A DNA stretch of 36,921 bases, from NCBI GenBank assembly GCA_038199465.1, contig JBBPYZ010000038.1, positions 1 through 36,921 on the forward strand. Direction: 5' to 3'. The first letter of the stretch is position 1, and each line of letters begins with the position of its first letter. Source of the stretch: Acidimicrobiales bacterium. GTDB lineage: Bacteria; Actinomycetota; Acidimicrobiia; Acidimicrobiales; JAUJNH01. The translations under genes and the position numbers were made by a program. Below are positions 27,946 through 36,510 of this stretch, piece by piece. The notes under the pieces are model-generated. The model ran no database searches and had not been told where the DNA came from. It was given only the letters and a program-made list of their open reading frames with translations.

Positions 27946-28788
27946 TCAGAGCTCCTCGGCGAAGTAGCGGGCCTTGCGGGAAAAGTACAGGTAGCCCGTC
28001 AGGAAGATGGTGAGCGAGAGCGTGAGGAGCACGGCGAGGGTGGTGAGGCCGGGGCGGGCGCCGTCGAAGAGGATCCGCCGGTAGACCAGGATGAAGCGGG
28101 CCATGGGGTTGTACAGCAGGATGGTGCGGACGGGGATGTCGAGTCCGAAGAGATCGAGACGAGACGGGATCTGCTCGACTGGATAGATGATCGGGGTGAT
28201 GAAGAACCACACCGTCAGGGCCAGACCGGTGAGGTAGGGAACGTCACGGCTGCGCACGCTGGCGGCTGATAGGAACAGGGCGATCCCCGTGACGAAGAGG
28301 GTCTGCAGGAACATCACCACGATCAACCAGGGCAGCAAGGTGAGGGTGGAGAACCCGAAGACCAGAAGGAGCAGGACGTTGACGGTGAGCTCGATGGCCA
28401 GGGTGACGAGCAGGGAGAGGACGTTGGCGAACACGATCAGCTCGCGGGGGAAGTAGACCTTGCTGATCAGGGCGTGGGCGCCCAACATGGCTCCCGTCGA
28501 CCCCAGGATGCCGTTGGCCAGGTAGTTCCAGGGCAGCAGGCCGGCCAGGAGGAAGAAGGCAAAGTTGTCGTTGCCGCTCGGCTGGCCCGTCTCCGGGTTG
28601 GACCCCAAGAACAAGCCGAAGACGAGGGCGTAGCAGAGCGTGATGACCACGGGGTTGAGCAGCGACCACCCCCACCCGAGCAGGGACCGGCGGTAGCGGG
28701 TGCGCAGCTCCCGCAGGGTCAGGTTCTGCAGCAGCTCCTTGTGGGCGAAAACCTCGCGAGCGGCGGCGATCACGGCGCCGCGCACCAA
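27946..28788 (-). CDS. wzm: ABC-2 type polysaccharide export permease (Wzm/RfbD-like)
   Basis: Track ORF of 280 aa. LLQNLTLRELRTRYRRSLLGWGWSLLNP is the typical Wzm N-terminal block. There are six hydrophobic helices. GTG 28773, which overlaps the wzt stop as GTGA, is an alternative start. Confidence 0.9.
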   Translation of the reverse strand: MVRGAVIAAAREVFAHKELLQNLTLRELRTRYRRSLLGWGWSLLNPVVITLCYALVFGLFLGSNPETGQPSGNDNFAFFLLAGLLPWNYLANGILGSTGAMLGAHALISKVYFPRELIVFANVLSLLVTLAIELTVNVLLLLVFGFSTLTLLPWLIVVMFLQTLFVTGIALFLSAASVRSRDVPYLTGLALTVWFFITPIIYPVEQIPSRLDLFGLDIPVRTILLYNPMARFILVYRRILFDGARPGLTTLAVLLTLSLTIFLTGYLYFSRKARYFAEEL

Positions 28789-29948
28789 CCGCCACCGAGA
28801 GCGACGAGACCGCCCTCGTCGGCGCCGGGCTGCGGGTCGACCTCGAAGTCGAAGTGATCGGTGGCGTCCAGCAGCTCCTGGGTCTCGTCGTCGACGAGCC
28901 AGGTGTGCAGCACGTAGGAGCCTGGCAGCAGCGGGAGCTCGGGGATCTCGTAGGTCAGCGCCATGCCCGCGGCCAGCGGGACGCTGAGCGCCGGGTTCGA
29001 CCGGGTGCTGACCTGGCTCACGAACACGCCGTCGCTGCGACGGATGTCGATGCCGAGCACGTGGCGGTGGTCGCTGCTGATCGGGTCGACCGTCAAGCGC
29101 AGGGCCAGCTTTTCCCTGGCCACGGGCCGCTCGCCGGATTCGGTGACCAACTCTGCCACCCTGACCCGGGCGGCTCCGCTACCGAAGCGCAACCTGCCCT
29201 CGTCGTCAACCACCGCGTCAGGGTGCACCGACCGTTGGTACTCCTCGATGACCTCGCTGGTGGGGCCCAGCGCCTTCAGGTCGCCGCGGGCGATCCAGAC
29301 CACCTCGCTGCACAGCTGGCGGACCAGCCCCAGGTCGTGGCTGACGATCACCACGGTACGACCGCTGGCCCGCAGCTCGGCGATCTTCTCGGCGCAGCGG
29401 CGCTGGAACACCGCGTCTCCGACTGACAGCGCTTCGTCCACCAGCAGCACGTCGGGTTCCACGTTGACCGCCACGGCGAAGCCCAGGCGGGCGTGCATGC
29501 CCGAGGAGTAGGTCTTCACCTGGTTGTCGATGAACTCCTCCAGCCCGGAAAAAGCGACGATGGCGTCGAGACGGTGGTCGAGGGTCTTGCGGGACAACCC
29601 CAGGATCGACCCGTTCAGGTAGACGTTCTCCCGACCGGTCAGGTCGGGGTGGAACCCGGCTCCCAGCTCGAGCAGCGCCGACACCTTCCCCTTCACCGCT
29701 ACGGTCCCCGCATTGGGGACCAGGATGCGGGCCATCAGCTTCAACGAGGTGCTCTTGCCCGAGCCGTTGGATCCGATAAGGCCGAAGGTCGTCCCCTCGG
29801 GGATCTCGAAGCTCACGTCCGACAGGGCGCTCAGGTCGCTGTAGCGGCCCTGGCCCCGGTGGAGCACCCTCGCCTTGAGGGAGTCGTTGCGCTCGTGCCA
29901 GATCCGGTAGCTCTTCGACACGCCCTGGAAGCTGACTGCTGAGGTCAC
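28770..29948 (-). CDS. wzt: Polysaccharide ABC transporter ATP-binding protein (Wzt/RfbE-like) with a C-terminal extension
   Basis: GTG 29948 (VTSAVSFQGVSKSY) is in frame with track ORF 28770..30191 and overlaps the glf stop as GTGA. Walker A is GLIGSNGSGKST, the signature is YSSGMHARLGFA, Walker B is VLLVDEALSVGD, and the H-loop is in VIVSHD. About 150 residues lie beyond the nucleotide-binding domain. Confidence 0.9.
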   Translation of the reverse strand: MTSAVSFQGVSKSYRIWHERNDSLKARVLHRGQGRYSDLSALSDVSFEIPEGTTFGLIGSNGSGKSTSLKLMARILVPNAGTVAVKGKVSALLELGAGFHPDLTGRENVYLNGSILGLSRKTLDHRLDAIVAFSGLEEFIDNQVKTYSSGMHARLGFAVAVNVEPDVLLVDEALSVGDAVFQRRCAEKIAELRASGRTVVIVSHDLGLVRQLCSEVVWIARGDLKALGPTSEVIEEYQRSVHPDAVVDDEGRLRFGSGAARVRVAELVTESGERPVAREKLALRLTVDPISSDHRHVLGIDIRRSDGVFVSQVSTRSNPALSVPLAAGMALTYEIPELPLLPGSYVLHTWLVDDETQELLDATDHFDFEVDPQPGADEGGLVALGGGWCAAP

Positions 29949-31096
29949 GGCCCGATCGGATCGACGAAGAACTGCGGCGCGGGCTCGTTGCGCGCCAGCC
30001 GGGCCAGGAAGCCGGAGGCCGCGTCGAGGGCCTCCTTCACCGTGGCGTCCATGTCGAGGTAGCGGTAGGTCCCGAGCCGGCCGAGGAAGGTGGTGCGCTC
30101 GGCCGTCCAGGCCATCTCGATGTAGCGGTGCAGCTGCGCCTTCTCCCGCACCTGGCGGACCGGGTAGTACGGGAGGTCGTCGGGCCCGCACGCCCGGCTG
30201 AACTCACGGTAGATCGTGGTGCGGTCATGGCGTTCCCACGGCGCGAAGTGCTTGAACTCGGTGATGCGGGTGAAGGGCACATCGGCGTCGCAGTAGTTCA
30301 TCACCGGGCAGCCCTGGTGGTCGCCGTCGTGGCGTTCGACCTCGAAGTCGAGGGTCCGGTAGGCGAGGCGCCCGTGGGCGTAGCCGAAGTAGGCGTCGAT
30401 CGGCCCGGTCCAAAAGCAATGGTCGTAGGCGGCGGCGTCAGCCCGTTGCACCGCCTGCCCCAAGGTGACGGCGATGCCGGGATGGTCGAGGATCGCTTCG
30501 ATCAGCGCCGTGTATCCGAGGGCCGGAATCCCCATGTGGGGATGGTCGAAGTAGACGTCGTCGTAGTTGAAGCGCACGGGCAGCCGCTTCAGGATGCTGG
30601 CCGGCAGCTCGCTCGGATCCACCCCCCACTGCTTCTTGGTGTAGCCGGCGAAGAAGGCCTCGTACAGGTCCTTGCCCACGAAGGCCAGCCCCTGCTCCTC
30701 GAAGCTGACCGGCTCGAGAATGGAGGGGTCGGCCCGGGCTGCGATGTACGTCCGAGCCTCGGCCGGCCCCATCGTCGTGCCGAAGAACTGGTTGATGGTG
30801 AGGAGGTTCACCGGAAGGGCGTACACCCGACCCTGAGCCGTGGCCTTCACCCTGTGGCTGTAGGCCTCGAAACGCCCGAACCGGTTCACGTACTCCCACA
30901 CCTCGGGCCACGCCGTGTGGAAGATGTGGGGCCCGTACACGTGCACCATCACCCCCGTGGCGTCGTCGCGGGCGGTGTGGCAGTTGCCGGCCACGTGATC
31001 CCGCACGTCGAACACCTCGACCCGGTGCCCGGCCTCGGCCAGCTGGCGGGCGATCACCGAACCGGAGAAGCCAGCCCCGGCCACCAGGACCCTCAT
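29945..31096 (-). CDS. glf: UDP-galactopyranose mutase
   Basis: ATG 31096 (MRVLVAGAGFSGSVIARQLAE) is in frame with track ORF 29945..31474 and overlaps the upstream stop as ATGA. YGPHIFHT, the FAD-binding GxGxxG motif and the YRTLDFE and PYYP blocks are typical of UGM. Confidence 0.95.
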   Translation of the reverse strand: MRVLVAGAGFSGSVIARQLAEAGHRVEVFDVRDHVAGNCHTARDDATGVMVHVYGPHIFHTAWPEVWEYVNRFGRFEAYSHRVKATAQGRVYALPVNLLTINQFFGTTMGPAEARTYIAARADPSILEPVSFEEQGLAFVGKDLYEAFFAGYTKKQWGVDPSELPASILKRLPVRFNYDDVYFDHPHMGIPALGYTALIEAILDHPGIAVTLGQAVQRADAAAYDHCFWTGPIDAYFGYAHGRLAYRTLDFEVERHDGDHQGCPVMNYCDADVPFTRITEFKHFAPWERHDRTTIYREFSRACGPDDLPYYPVRQVREKAQLHRYIEMAWTAERTTFLGRLGTYRYLDMDATVKEALDAASGFLARLARNEPAPQFFVDPIGP

Positions 31097-32907
31097 TCGG
31101 GCCGCCGGGCTTCGTGGGCGTCGCTGGGGGCGTCGCCGCCGAACTGACGCTGCCAGTAGGCGTCGCCGGTGAGGGCGGGGTAGGCCGCCCGGTAGTCGTC
31201 CCTCAGCTGACCGAACCGGCTCGGGATGCGGGCCGCCGTCCTGGCCATCTCGCCGAGGGTTGAGAAGAACCGCTTCCGGTCGCGGCTGGCGACGAAGCCC
31301 TCGCCGGTGGCCTCGTAGCGGTACACCACCTCCTCCCGCCCGAGGACGCCGTAGGGCGACCATGCCGCCATCTCGAGGGCGACGGGGGGCCGGCGGCAGA
31401 TCCGGGCGGGCAGGGCATGGCCCGACAGGACCAGTGCGGAGGCGAGCCCGCCGATCTTCACCACCCCGGGCCACCTCGGCGTGAAGGAGGGGACGCCGAG
31501 CGACGCACGCTCGAGCGGGCCGGACCGTTCCCCCGGGTGCTGGCGGATGTCATGGTTCACCTGCTCGTGGTCGAGCTCCAGCCACGCCTCCGGCCCGGCG
31601 AGGAACTGGCGCATCCCGGCGATGTCCGCCGCGGCGGTGTCGTACTTCATGGCCAGCGCCATCCGGGTGGTGTGGTACACGAAGCGGCGGGTGAGGTGGA
31701 AGGCCGAGAACCGGTCCGAGGCCAGCAAGCTCACCAGCGACAGGTTGCGGGATTCGTAGTAGAACGCCGCCGGACCGTTCTTCTGGGCGAAGTGCTGGTG
31801 CCACACCCCGATCCCGTTCATCGTGACCGTGTGCTGGCCGGCGTGGCGCAACCCGAAGCAGATGTCGTCGCCCCGCACAAAGACCGGCAGCGGGTTGGCC
31901 TCGGTCAGCTCCAGAGGGAAGGCGTAGAACCACCAGGCGCCGTAGCCGGCGGGTCGCTCGACGTCGTTCTCCACCAGGTTGCGCCACGTGCGCAGGTCGA
32001 GGTGGCTGCCGATCGGCCGGAACGGCCGCACGCCCTCGGTCCGGAAGGCGGCCCCCGCCTCGAACTGGACATAGGGCGTCTCCTCCATCAGCATCGCACC
32101 GGCTACGCATAGCTGCGGGTCACGGGCGTGAGCAAGCAGCTCGATCGTGCGAAAGATCACCTCCGGCTCAAAGCTGATGTCGTCGTCCATGAACAGGACG
32201 TGGCTGACCTTGCCGCCGTCGCGGAAGTGCATGAGGCCACGGGCGAAGCCCCCGGCGCCGCCCAGGTTCCTGTTCGGCACCACGGTGATCGGGACCGTTG
32301 CCGGCAGGGACACCTTGACGTTGCTGCCGTTGTCGACCACCAGGATCTCGAGCAGCTCGAGGTAGCCGGGCTCCTCCTTCAGCGCGTCGGCTAGGCGGAC
32401 CAGGTTCCGCTCCAGGTACTCGGGCCGGTTGTAGGTGGTGATGACCACGCCCAGGGACACCGCACGGGCGGGCTGGGAGTCGGTGGTGATCTCGCCGCCG
32501 AAGAAGGTCGTCTCCGGACTCAGACCACGGATCTTCAGATAGAGCTGGCCGTCGGTCAGGTCGTCCAACGAGAGCGGTTCGAGCTCGAACCAGGATCGAG
32601 CTTCGGAGCTGAAGACCCCGGCCGCGACGGTGCGGGCGGCGCGGTGGGCGTGGTTCAGGACCAGCTCGGCCTCGAAGTGCCCGCGGGCCTCGAAGCGGAC
32701 GACGATGTGCTCCACCCCCGTGTGCCGACGCCACTTCCCCACGCTGAACCCGTTGAAGTAGGTGTCGAGGTGGGCGGAAGAGCCCTGCAACAAGCGGACC
32801 TCGGCCATGGCGTACGAGAACCACGAGCCGTTGAGGCAGTTCACGTAAAGCTCGGCCTGCGGGCACAGGTCGATCTTGGGGAGGAGGAACCGCTGCAACC
32901 TTGACAT
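31093..32907 (-). CDS. GlfT2-family galactofuranosyltransferase (paralogue A)
   Basis: ATG 32907 (MSRLQRFLLPKIDLCPQAELYV) is in frame with track ORF 31093..33090 and is preceded by AAAAGGGG. Blocks LDTYFNGFSVGKW, VITTYNRP, NLGGAGGF, LFMDDDISF, YGAWWFYAFP, VRGDDICFGL...WHQHF and LAGPEAW are present. Confidence 0.88.
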   Translation of the reverse strand: MSRLQRFLLPKIDLCPQAELYVNCLNGSWFSYAMAEVRLLQGSSAHLDTYFNGFSVGKWRRHTGVEHIVVRFEARGHFEAELVLNHAHRAARTVAAGVFSSEARSWFELEPLSLDDLTDGQLYLKIRGLSPETTFFGGEITTDSQPARAVSLGVVITTYNRPEYLERNLVRLADALKEEPGYLELLEILVVDNGSNVKVSLPATVPITVVPNRNLGGAGGFARGLMHFRDGGKVSHVLFMDDDISFEPEVIFRTIELLAHARDPQLCVAGAMLMEETPYVQFEAGAAFRTEGVRPFRPIGSHLDLRTWRNLVENDVERPAGYGAWWFYAFPLELTEANPLPVFVRGDDICFGLRHAGQHTVTMNGIGVWHQHFAQKNGPAAFYYESRNLSLVSLLASDRFSAFHLTRRFVYHTTRMALAMKYDTAAADIAGMRQFLAGPEAWLELDHEQVNHDIRQHPGERSGPLERASLGVPSFTPRWPGVVKIGGLASALVLSGHALPARICRRPPVALEMAAWSPYGVLGREEVVYRYEATGEGFVASRDRKRFFSTLGEMARTAARIPSRFGQLRDDYRAAYPALTGDAYWQRQFGGDAPSDAHEARRPE

Positions 32908-33261
32908 GGGCCCCTTTTGGCGTTCGGGCTCGGGGCCCATCCGGTTGGCCGAGAGTATACGCGCCCTCGCTGCGGACGGACAGACGGGCGTGGTGTCACC
33001 CGGCCTCACCGATGGTCGAACGTCACTGTCAGCTGACGATCGCCGGCTCCGATGGTGCGCGCCGGGCCCTTCAGGCGGATGCGGGCCCACAATGACCTCG
33101 ACCTCGATCTGGGCGTCGCTGGCGTAGGGCGACGAGCAGTCGCCAGCTCCGAGCTGAAACCGACGATCCTTGCCGTGTTCGAGGGCAACTACAGCGTCTT
33201 CGGGGCCCTCAAGAGGTGGAAGGCACTGGCCCGCCGGGAGGTGATCGTGGGCAGGGACCGC

Positions 33262-35316
33262 TTAACTGGGCGCCGGCCAGGAAGGGTCGCGCTCGGCGTC
33301 GTAGGGGCCGTGGGGGCGGCCGACCGGGGCGGGGGCCTGGGCCGGGGTCGGGTAGCCCGGACCCGTCCCCAGGGTAGATCCCGTGCCGTTGGCAGCGGGG
33401 GCCCTCGGTGAGAACGTCGGGACGGGCGCCGACTTGGGCCCGGTGGGGTGGATGGGGCGGCCGGCGGCGGCGTCGACCAGGCGACCCACCTCCGCCCCGG
33501 TGATCGTCTCCTTGGCGAGAAGGGCGGCGGCGACGGCGTCGAGCCCGGCCCGGTGCTCGCCCAGCAGGTGGAGGGCCCGCTCCTCGGCGGCCCGGAGGAT
33601 CTTCTCGACCTCCTGGTCGATAACCCGACTGGTGTCGTCGGAGTAGTCCTTGGAGTGCAGCAGGTCCTCGCCCAGGAACACCGCGTCGTTGGCTCCCCAG
33701 GCCATCGGCCCGATCCGCTCGCTCATGCCGAACTCGCGCACCATGCGCCGGGCCATCTCGGTGGCCCGCTGCAGGTCGTTGCCCGCCCCGGTCGAGAGCG
33801 ACCCGATCACCAGCCGCTCGGCGCAGCGGCCCCCCATCAGCACCGCCAGGGAGTCCTCGAGGTGCTCGCGCCAGTAGGTGTGGCGCTCCTCGATCGGCAG
33901 CTGCTGGGTGGCGCCCAGGGCCATGCCGGTGGGCAGGATCGTGACCTTGTGGACCGGGTCGGCGTCGACGAGCACGTAAGCGGTCACGGCGTGGCCGCCC
34001 TCGTGGAAGGCGGTGGCCTCCTTCTCCTTGTCGCTCAGCATCACCGACTCGCGGCGCTGGCCCATCAGGACCCGGTCACGGGCGGCCTCGAAGTCGACCA
34101 TCGCCACCTCGGTGGCGCCCCGCCGCACGGCCTGCAGCGCCGCTTCGTTCACGAGGTTGGCCATGTCGGCGCCGGCCATGCCCGGGGTGCCCCGGGCCAC
34201 CACGGCGAGGTCGACGTCGGGACCGATGCGGGTGCCCTGGCTGTGGACCCGGAGGATGGGCAGCCGCTCGGAGAGGTCGGGGAGGGGCACCACGATCTGG
34301 CGGTCGAAGCGCCCGGGCCGCAGGAGGGCCGGGTCGAGGACGTCGGGCCGGTTGGTGGCGGCCAGGATCACCACGCCCTCAGAGGTCTCGAAGCCGTCCA
34401 TCTCGGAGAGCATCTGGTTCAGGGTCTGCTCGCGCTCGTCGTGGCCGCCGCCGACCCCGGCGCCCCGCTTGCGCCCGATCGAGTCGATCTCGTCCAGGAA
34501 GATGATGGAGGGGGCCTGCTTGCGGGCGGTGGCGAACAGGTCGCGGACCCGGGAGGCGCCCACGCCGACGAACATCTCCATGAAGTCCGACCCGGTGACC
34601 GGCAGGAAGGGCACCCCGGCCTCGCCGGCCACGGCCCGGGCCAGCAGCGTCTTGCCGGTGCCGGGGGGCCCGACGAGCAGGATGCCCTTCGGGATCCTGG
34701 CCCCGATCTGTTTGAACGTGGCCGAGCTCCGAAGGAAGTCGACGACCTCGGTGATCTCCTGCTTCACCCCGGCGTAGCCGGCCACGTCGGCGAAGGTCGT
34801 CTTGGGCCGCTCGGTCGAGTACACCTTGGCCCGGCTCTTCCCGATCGACATCACCCCGCCCATCTGGCTCTGGGCCCGCCGCCCCATCCACACCGAGAAC
34901 CCGATCACCGCCGCCACCATCAGCAGCAGGGGCAGGAACGACAGCAGCGGGTTGGAGGTGGGGGTGCGGAACGAGACGTCGGCGCCGGCGTCGCGCAGGG
35001 CCTTCACGTCCCCGTCGATGGCCGGCTGGGGCCCTTCGCTCGAGAAGCGGGTGCCGTCGCCCAGCCGGCCCGTGATGCGCCCGGTGCCGTTGCTGATGAC
35101 CGCCTCGGTCACCTGCCGCTCGGGCACCAGCCGCCCGAGAAGCTCGGAGTAGCCGATGTTGCGCTGGTCGGGCCCGCCGCCGCCCCGCAGGAGGAGCAGG
35201 GCGAGGGCCACGACCACACCGAGGGAGATCGCCGCCCAGCGCCACCGGGAGCTCGAGCCGCTTGCGGGCCGCTCTGGGGGCCGGCCCGGCCGCAGGTCGT
35301 TGGGGACTCGGGCCAC
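33262..35316 (-). CDS. ftsH: ATP-dependent zinc metalloprotease FtsH
   Basis: Track ORF of 684 aa. Walker A is [22 protein letters not shown], Walker B is IIFLDEIDS, the second region of homology is [19 protein letters not shown], and the zinc motif is HEGGHAV. It has two N-terminal TM helices and a Pro/Ala/Gly-rich tail. Confidence 0.97.
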   Translation of the reverse strand: MARVPNDLRPGRPPERPASGSSSRWRWAAISLGVVVALALLLLRGGGGPDQRNIGYSELLGRLVPERQVTEAVISNGTGRITGRLGDGTRFSSEGPQPAIDGDVKALRDAGADVSFRTPTSNPLLSFLPLLLMVAAVIGFSVWMGRRAQSQMGGVMSIGKSRAKVYSTERPKTTFADVAGYAGVKQEITEVVDFLRSSATFKQIGARIPKGILLVGPPGTGKTLLARAVAGEAGVPFLPVTGSDFMEMFVGVGASRVRDLFATARKQAPSIIFLDEIDSIGRKRGAGVGGGHDEREQTLNQMLSEMDGFETSEGVVILAATNRPDVLDPALLRPGRFDRQIVVPLPDLSERLPILRVHSQGTRIGPDVDLAVVARGTPGMAGADMANLVNEAALQAVRRGATEVAMVDFEAARDRVLMGQRRESVMLSDKEKEATAFHEGGHAVTAYVLVDADPVHKVTILPTGMALGATQQLPIEERHTYWREHLEDSLAVLMGGRCAERLVIGSLSTGAGNDLQRATEMARRMVREFGMSERIGPMAWGANDAVFLGEDLLHSKDYSDDTSRVIDQEVEKILRAAEERALHLLGEHRAGLDAVAAALLAKETITGAEVGRLVDAAAGRPIHPTGPKSAPVPTFSPRAPAANGTGSTLGTGPGYPTPAQAPAPVGRPHGPYDAERDPSWPAPS

Positions 35317-35424
35317 GACGAGATGTTAGGTGGCGGCGCCGCGGGCCCAGACCGGTCAGGGCCGCTTCGCGCCATCCGCGACGACGGCCGGGTGGGGGCG
35401 TATGTTGGCCGTGTGGCCGACTCC

Positions 35425-35634
35425 ATGCGGTGCTGCAAGCCCGGCTGCGGCGGCCCCGTAGCCGCCAGGCTCACCTACGACCACGCTGGAGCCACGGCCT
35501 GGGTCGACGATCCGGGTGGCGACGGCGGCTGGTCGCTGTGCGCCGGCCACGCCGACCGCCTGCGCTTGCCGAAGGGCTGGACCCTGGTCGACCGGCGCAC
35601 GCCGCGGCCGGCCCGGGCCCTGCTGGCCTCCTGA
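35425..35634 (+). CDS. DUF3499 family small Cys/His protein
   Basis: Last 70 codons of track ORF 33448..35634, starting at ATG 35425; GTG 35413 is an alternative. The protein is MRCCKPGCGGPVAARLTYDHAGATAWVDDPGGDGGWSLCAGHADRLRLPKGWTLVDRR. The pattern C..C...LTY...C..H...L..P.GW is as I remember it for actinobacterial DUF3499 (the Rv3258c family). Confidence 0.7.
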   Translation: MRCCKPGCGGPVAARLTYDHAGATAWVDDPGGDGGWSLCAGHADRLRLPKGWTLVDRRTPRPARALLAS

Positions 35635-35687
35635 GCCTTTCCGACCCCCCTGCGCCTTTTCCAGCAGAGGCCCGTACGCTGACGGCC

Positions 35688-36458
35688 ATGGCCGCGCCCA
35701 GCGAAGTCGCGCCCCACGACGCCCCCGCTCGGCGTGACCCGGCCGAGCGGATGCTCGGTTGGACCGGGATAGGGGTGGCCGCCTTCGCCTTTTTGATCGG
35801 CCTGTTCGCCGCCTCAATCATCGGGGCGGTGTGGGTCACCGCCCGGAACCTCGACCAGGCCGAGACCCGAGGTGACCTCGGCTTCTCGGTCGCCACCTCG
35901 GCCGGCCTGTGGGTCGGCTTCATCGCTCTGCCTCTCCTGTGGTCGCGCCGCCACGGCGGCCCGGTGCAGCTCCTCGGCCTCCGGGCCCGCTGGGTCGACC
36001 TCCCCCTCGGGCTGGTCGTGGGCCTCGGGTCCACCGCCCTCGCCGCCCTGGCCTCGTCGCTCGTGCTCGACGCCGGCCAACAGGACGACCTCGAGAGCAA
36101 GGCCCGCACCACCGTCGACCGGGCTTCGGGGCCGGTGGCGGCCGTGGTGCTGGTCGTGGTGCTGTGCGTGATCACCCCGGTCGCCGAGGAGATCTTCTTC
36201 CGGGGCCTGCTCTTCCGGTCGCTGTACCGGGTGGCCGGGCTTGCCGTCTCGGTCCTCACCGCCGGCGCGGTGTTCGGGCTGGTCCACTTCGAGGCCGCCC
36301 CCGTCCCCGCCGTCGTGGTGGCCATGCAGCTCGGGCTGCTGGCGCTGTTCGGGGCCGCGCTGTGCCTGCTGGTCCACCGCACCGGGAGGCTGGCCGCCTC
36401 CATCGTGGCCCATGCCGCCTTCAACGCCGTCACCGTCATCACCCTCCTCCTCCGGTGA
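35688..36458 (+). CDS. CPBP family intramembrane glutamic endopeptidase (CAAX protease/Abi family)
   Basis: ATG 35688 is in frame with track ORF 35262..36458. The three CPBP motifs are present in order: EEIFFRG, FGLVHF and HAAFNAV. There are multiple TM helices. Confidence 0.85.
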   Translation: MAAPSEVAPHDAPARRDPAERMLGWTGIGVAAFAFLIGLFAASIIGAVWVTARNLDQAETRGDLGFSVATSAGLWVGFIALPLLWSRRHGGPVQLLGLRARWVDLPLGLVVGLGSTALAALASSLVLDAGQQDDLESKARTTVDRASGPVAAVVLVVVLCVITPVAEEIFFRGLLFRSLYRVAGLAVSVLTAGAVFGLVHFEAAPVPAVVVAMQLGLLALFGAALCLLVHRTGRLAASIVAHAAFNAVTVITLLLR

Positions 36459-36510
36459 TGCCGCCACCCCTGACACCGCCTCGGCCCGGGTGGTGCGCCA
36501 GGATGGGCCG

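Noticed and set aside
33052-33411. 119-aa plus-strand ORF in the ftsH / galactan spacer with high GC3 and a fairly protein-like middle (ELKPTILAVFEGNYSVFGALKRWKALARREVIVG).
   Set aside because: It has no stop until it has run 150 nt antisense into the ftsH tail, where it becomes Gly/Arg noise. It has no convincing ribosome-binding site and I recognise no family. The minus-strand ORF 33006..33188 shares its third positions and is equally unconvincing. It could be a gene remnant, so checking by homology search is worthwhile.
33448-35424. The upstream 659 codons of the 728-aa plus-strand ORF 33448..35634.
   Set aside because: It is antisense to ftsH and compositionally noisy. Only the last 70 codons (DUF3499) are credible.
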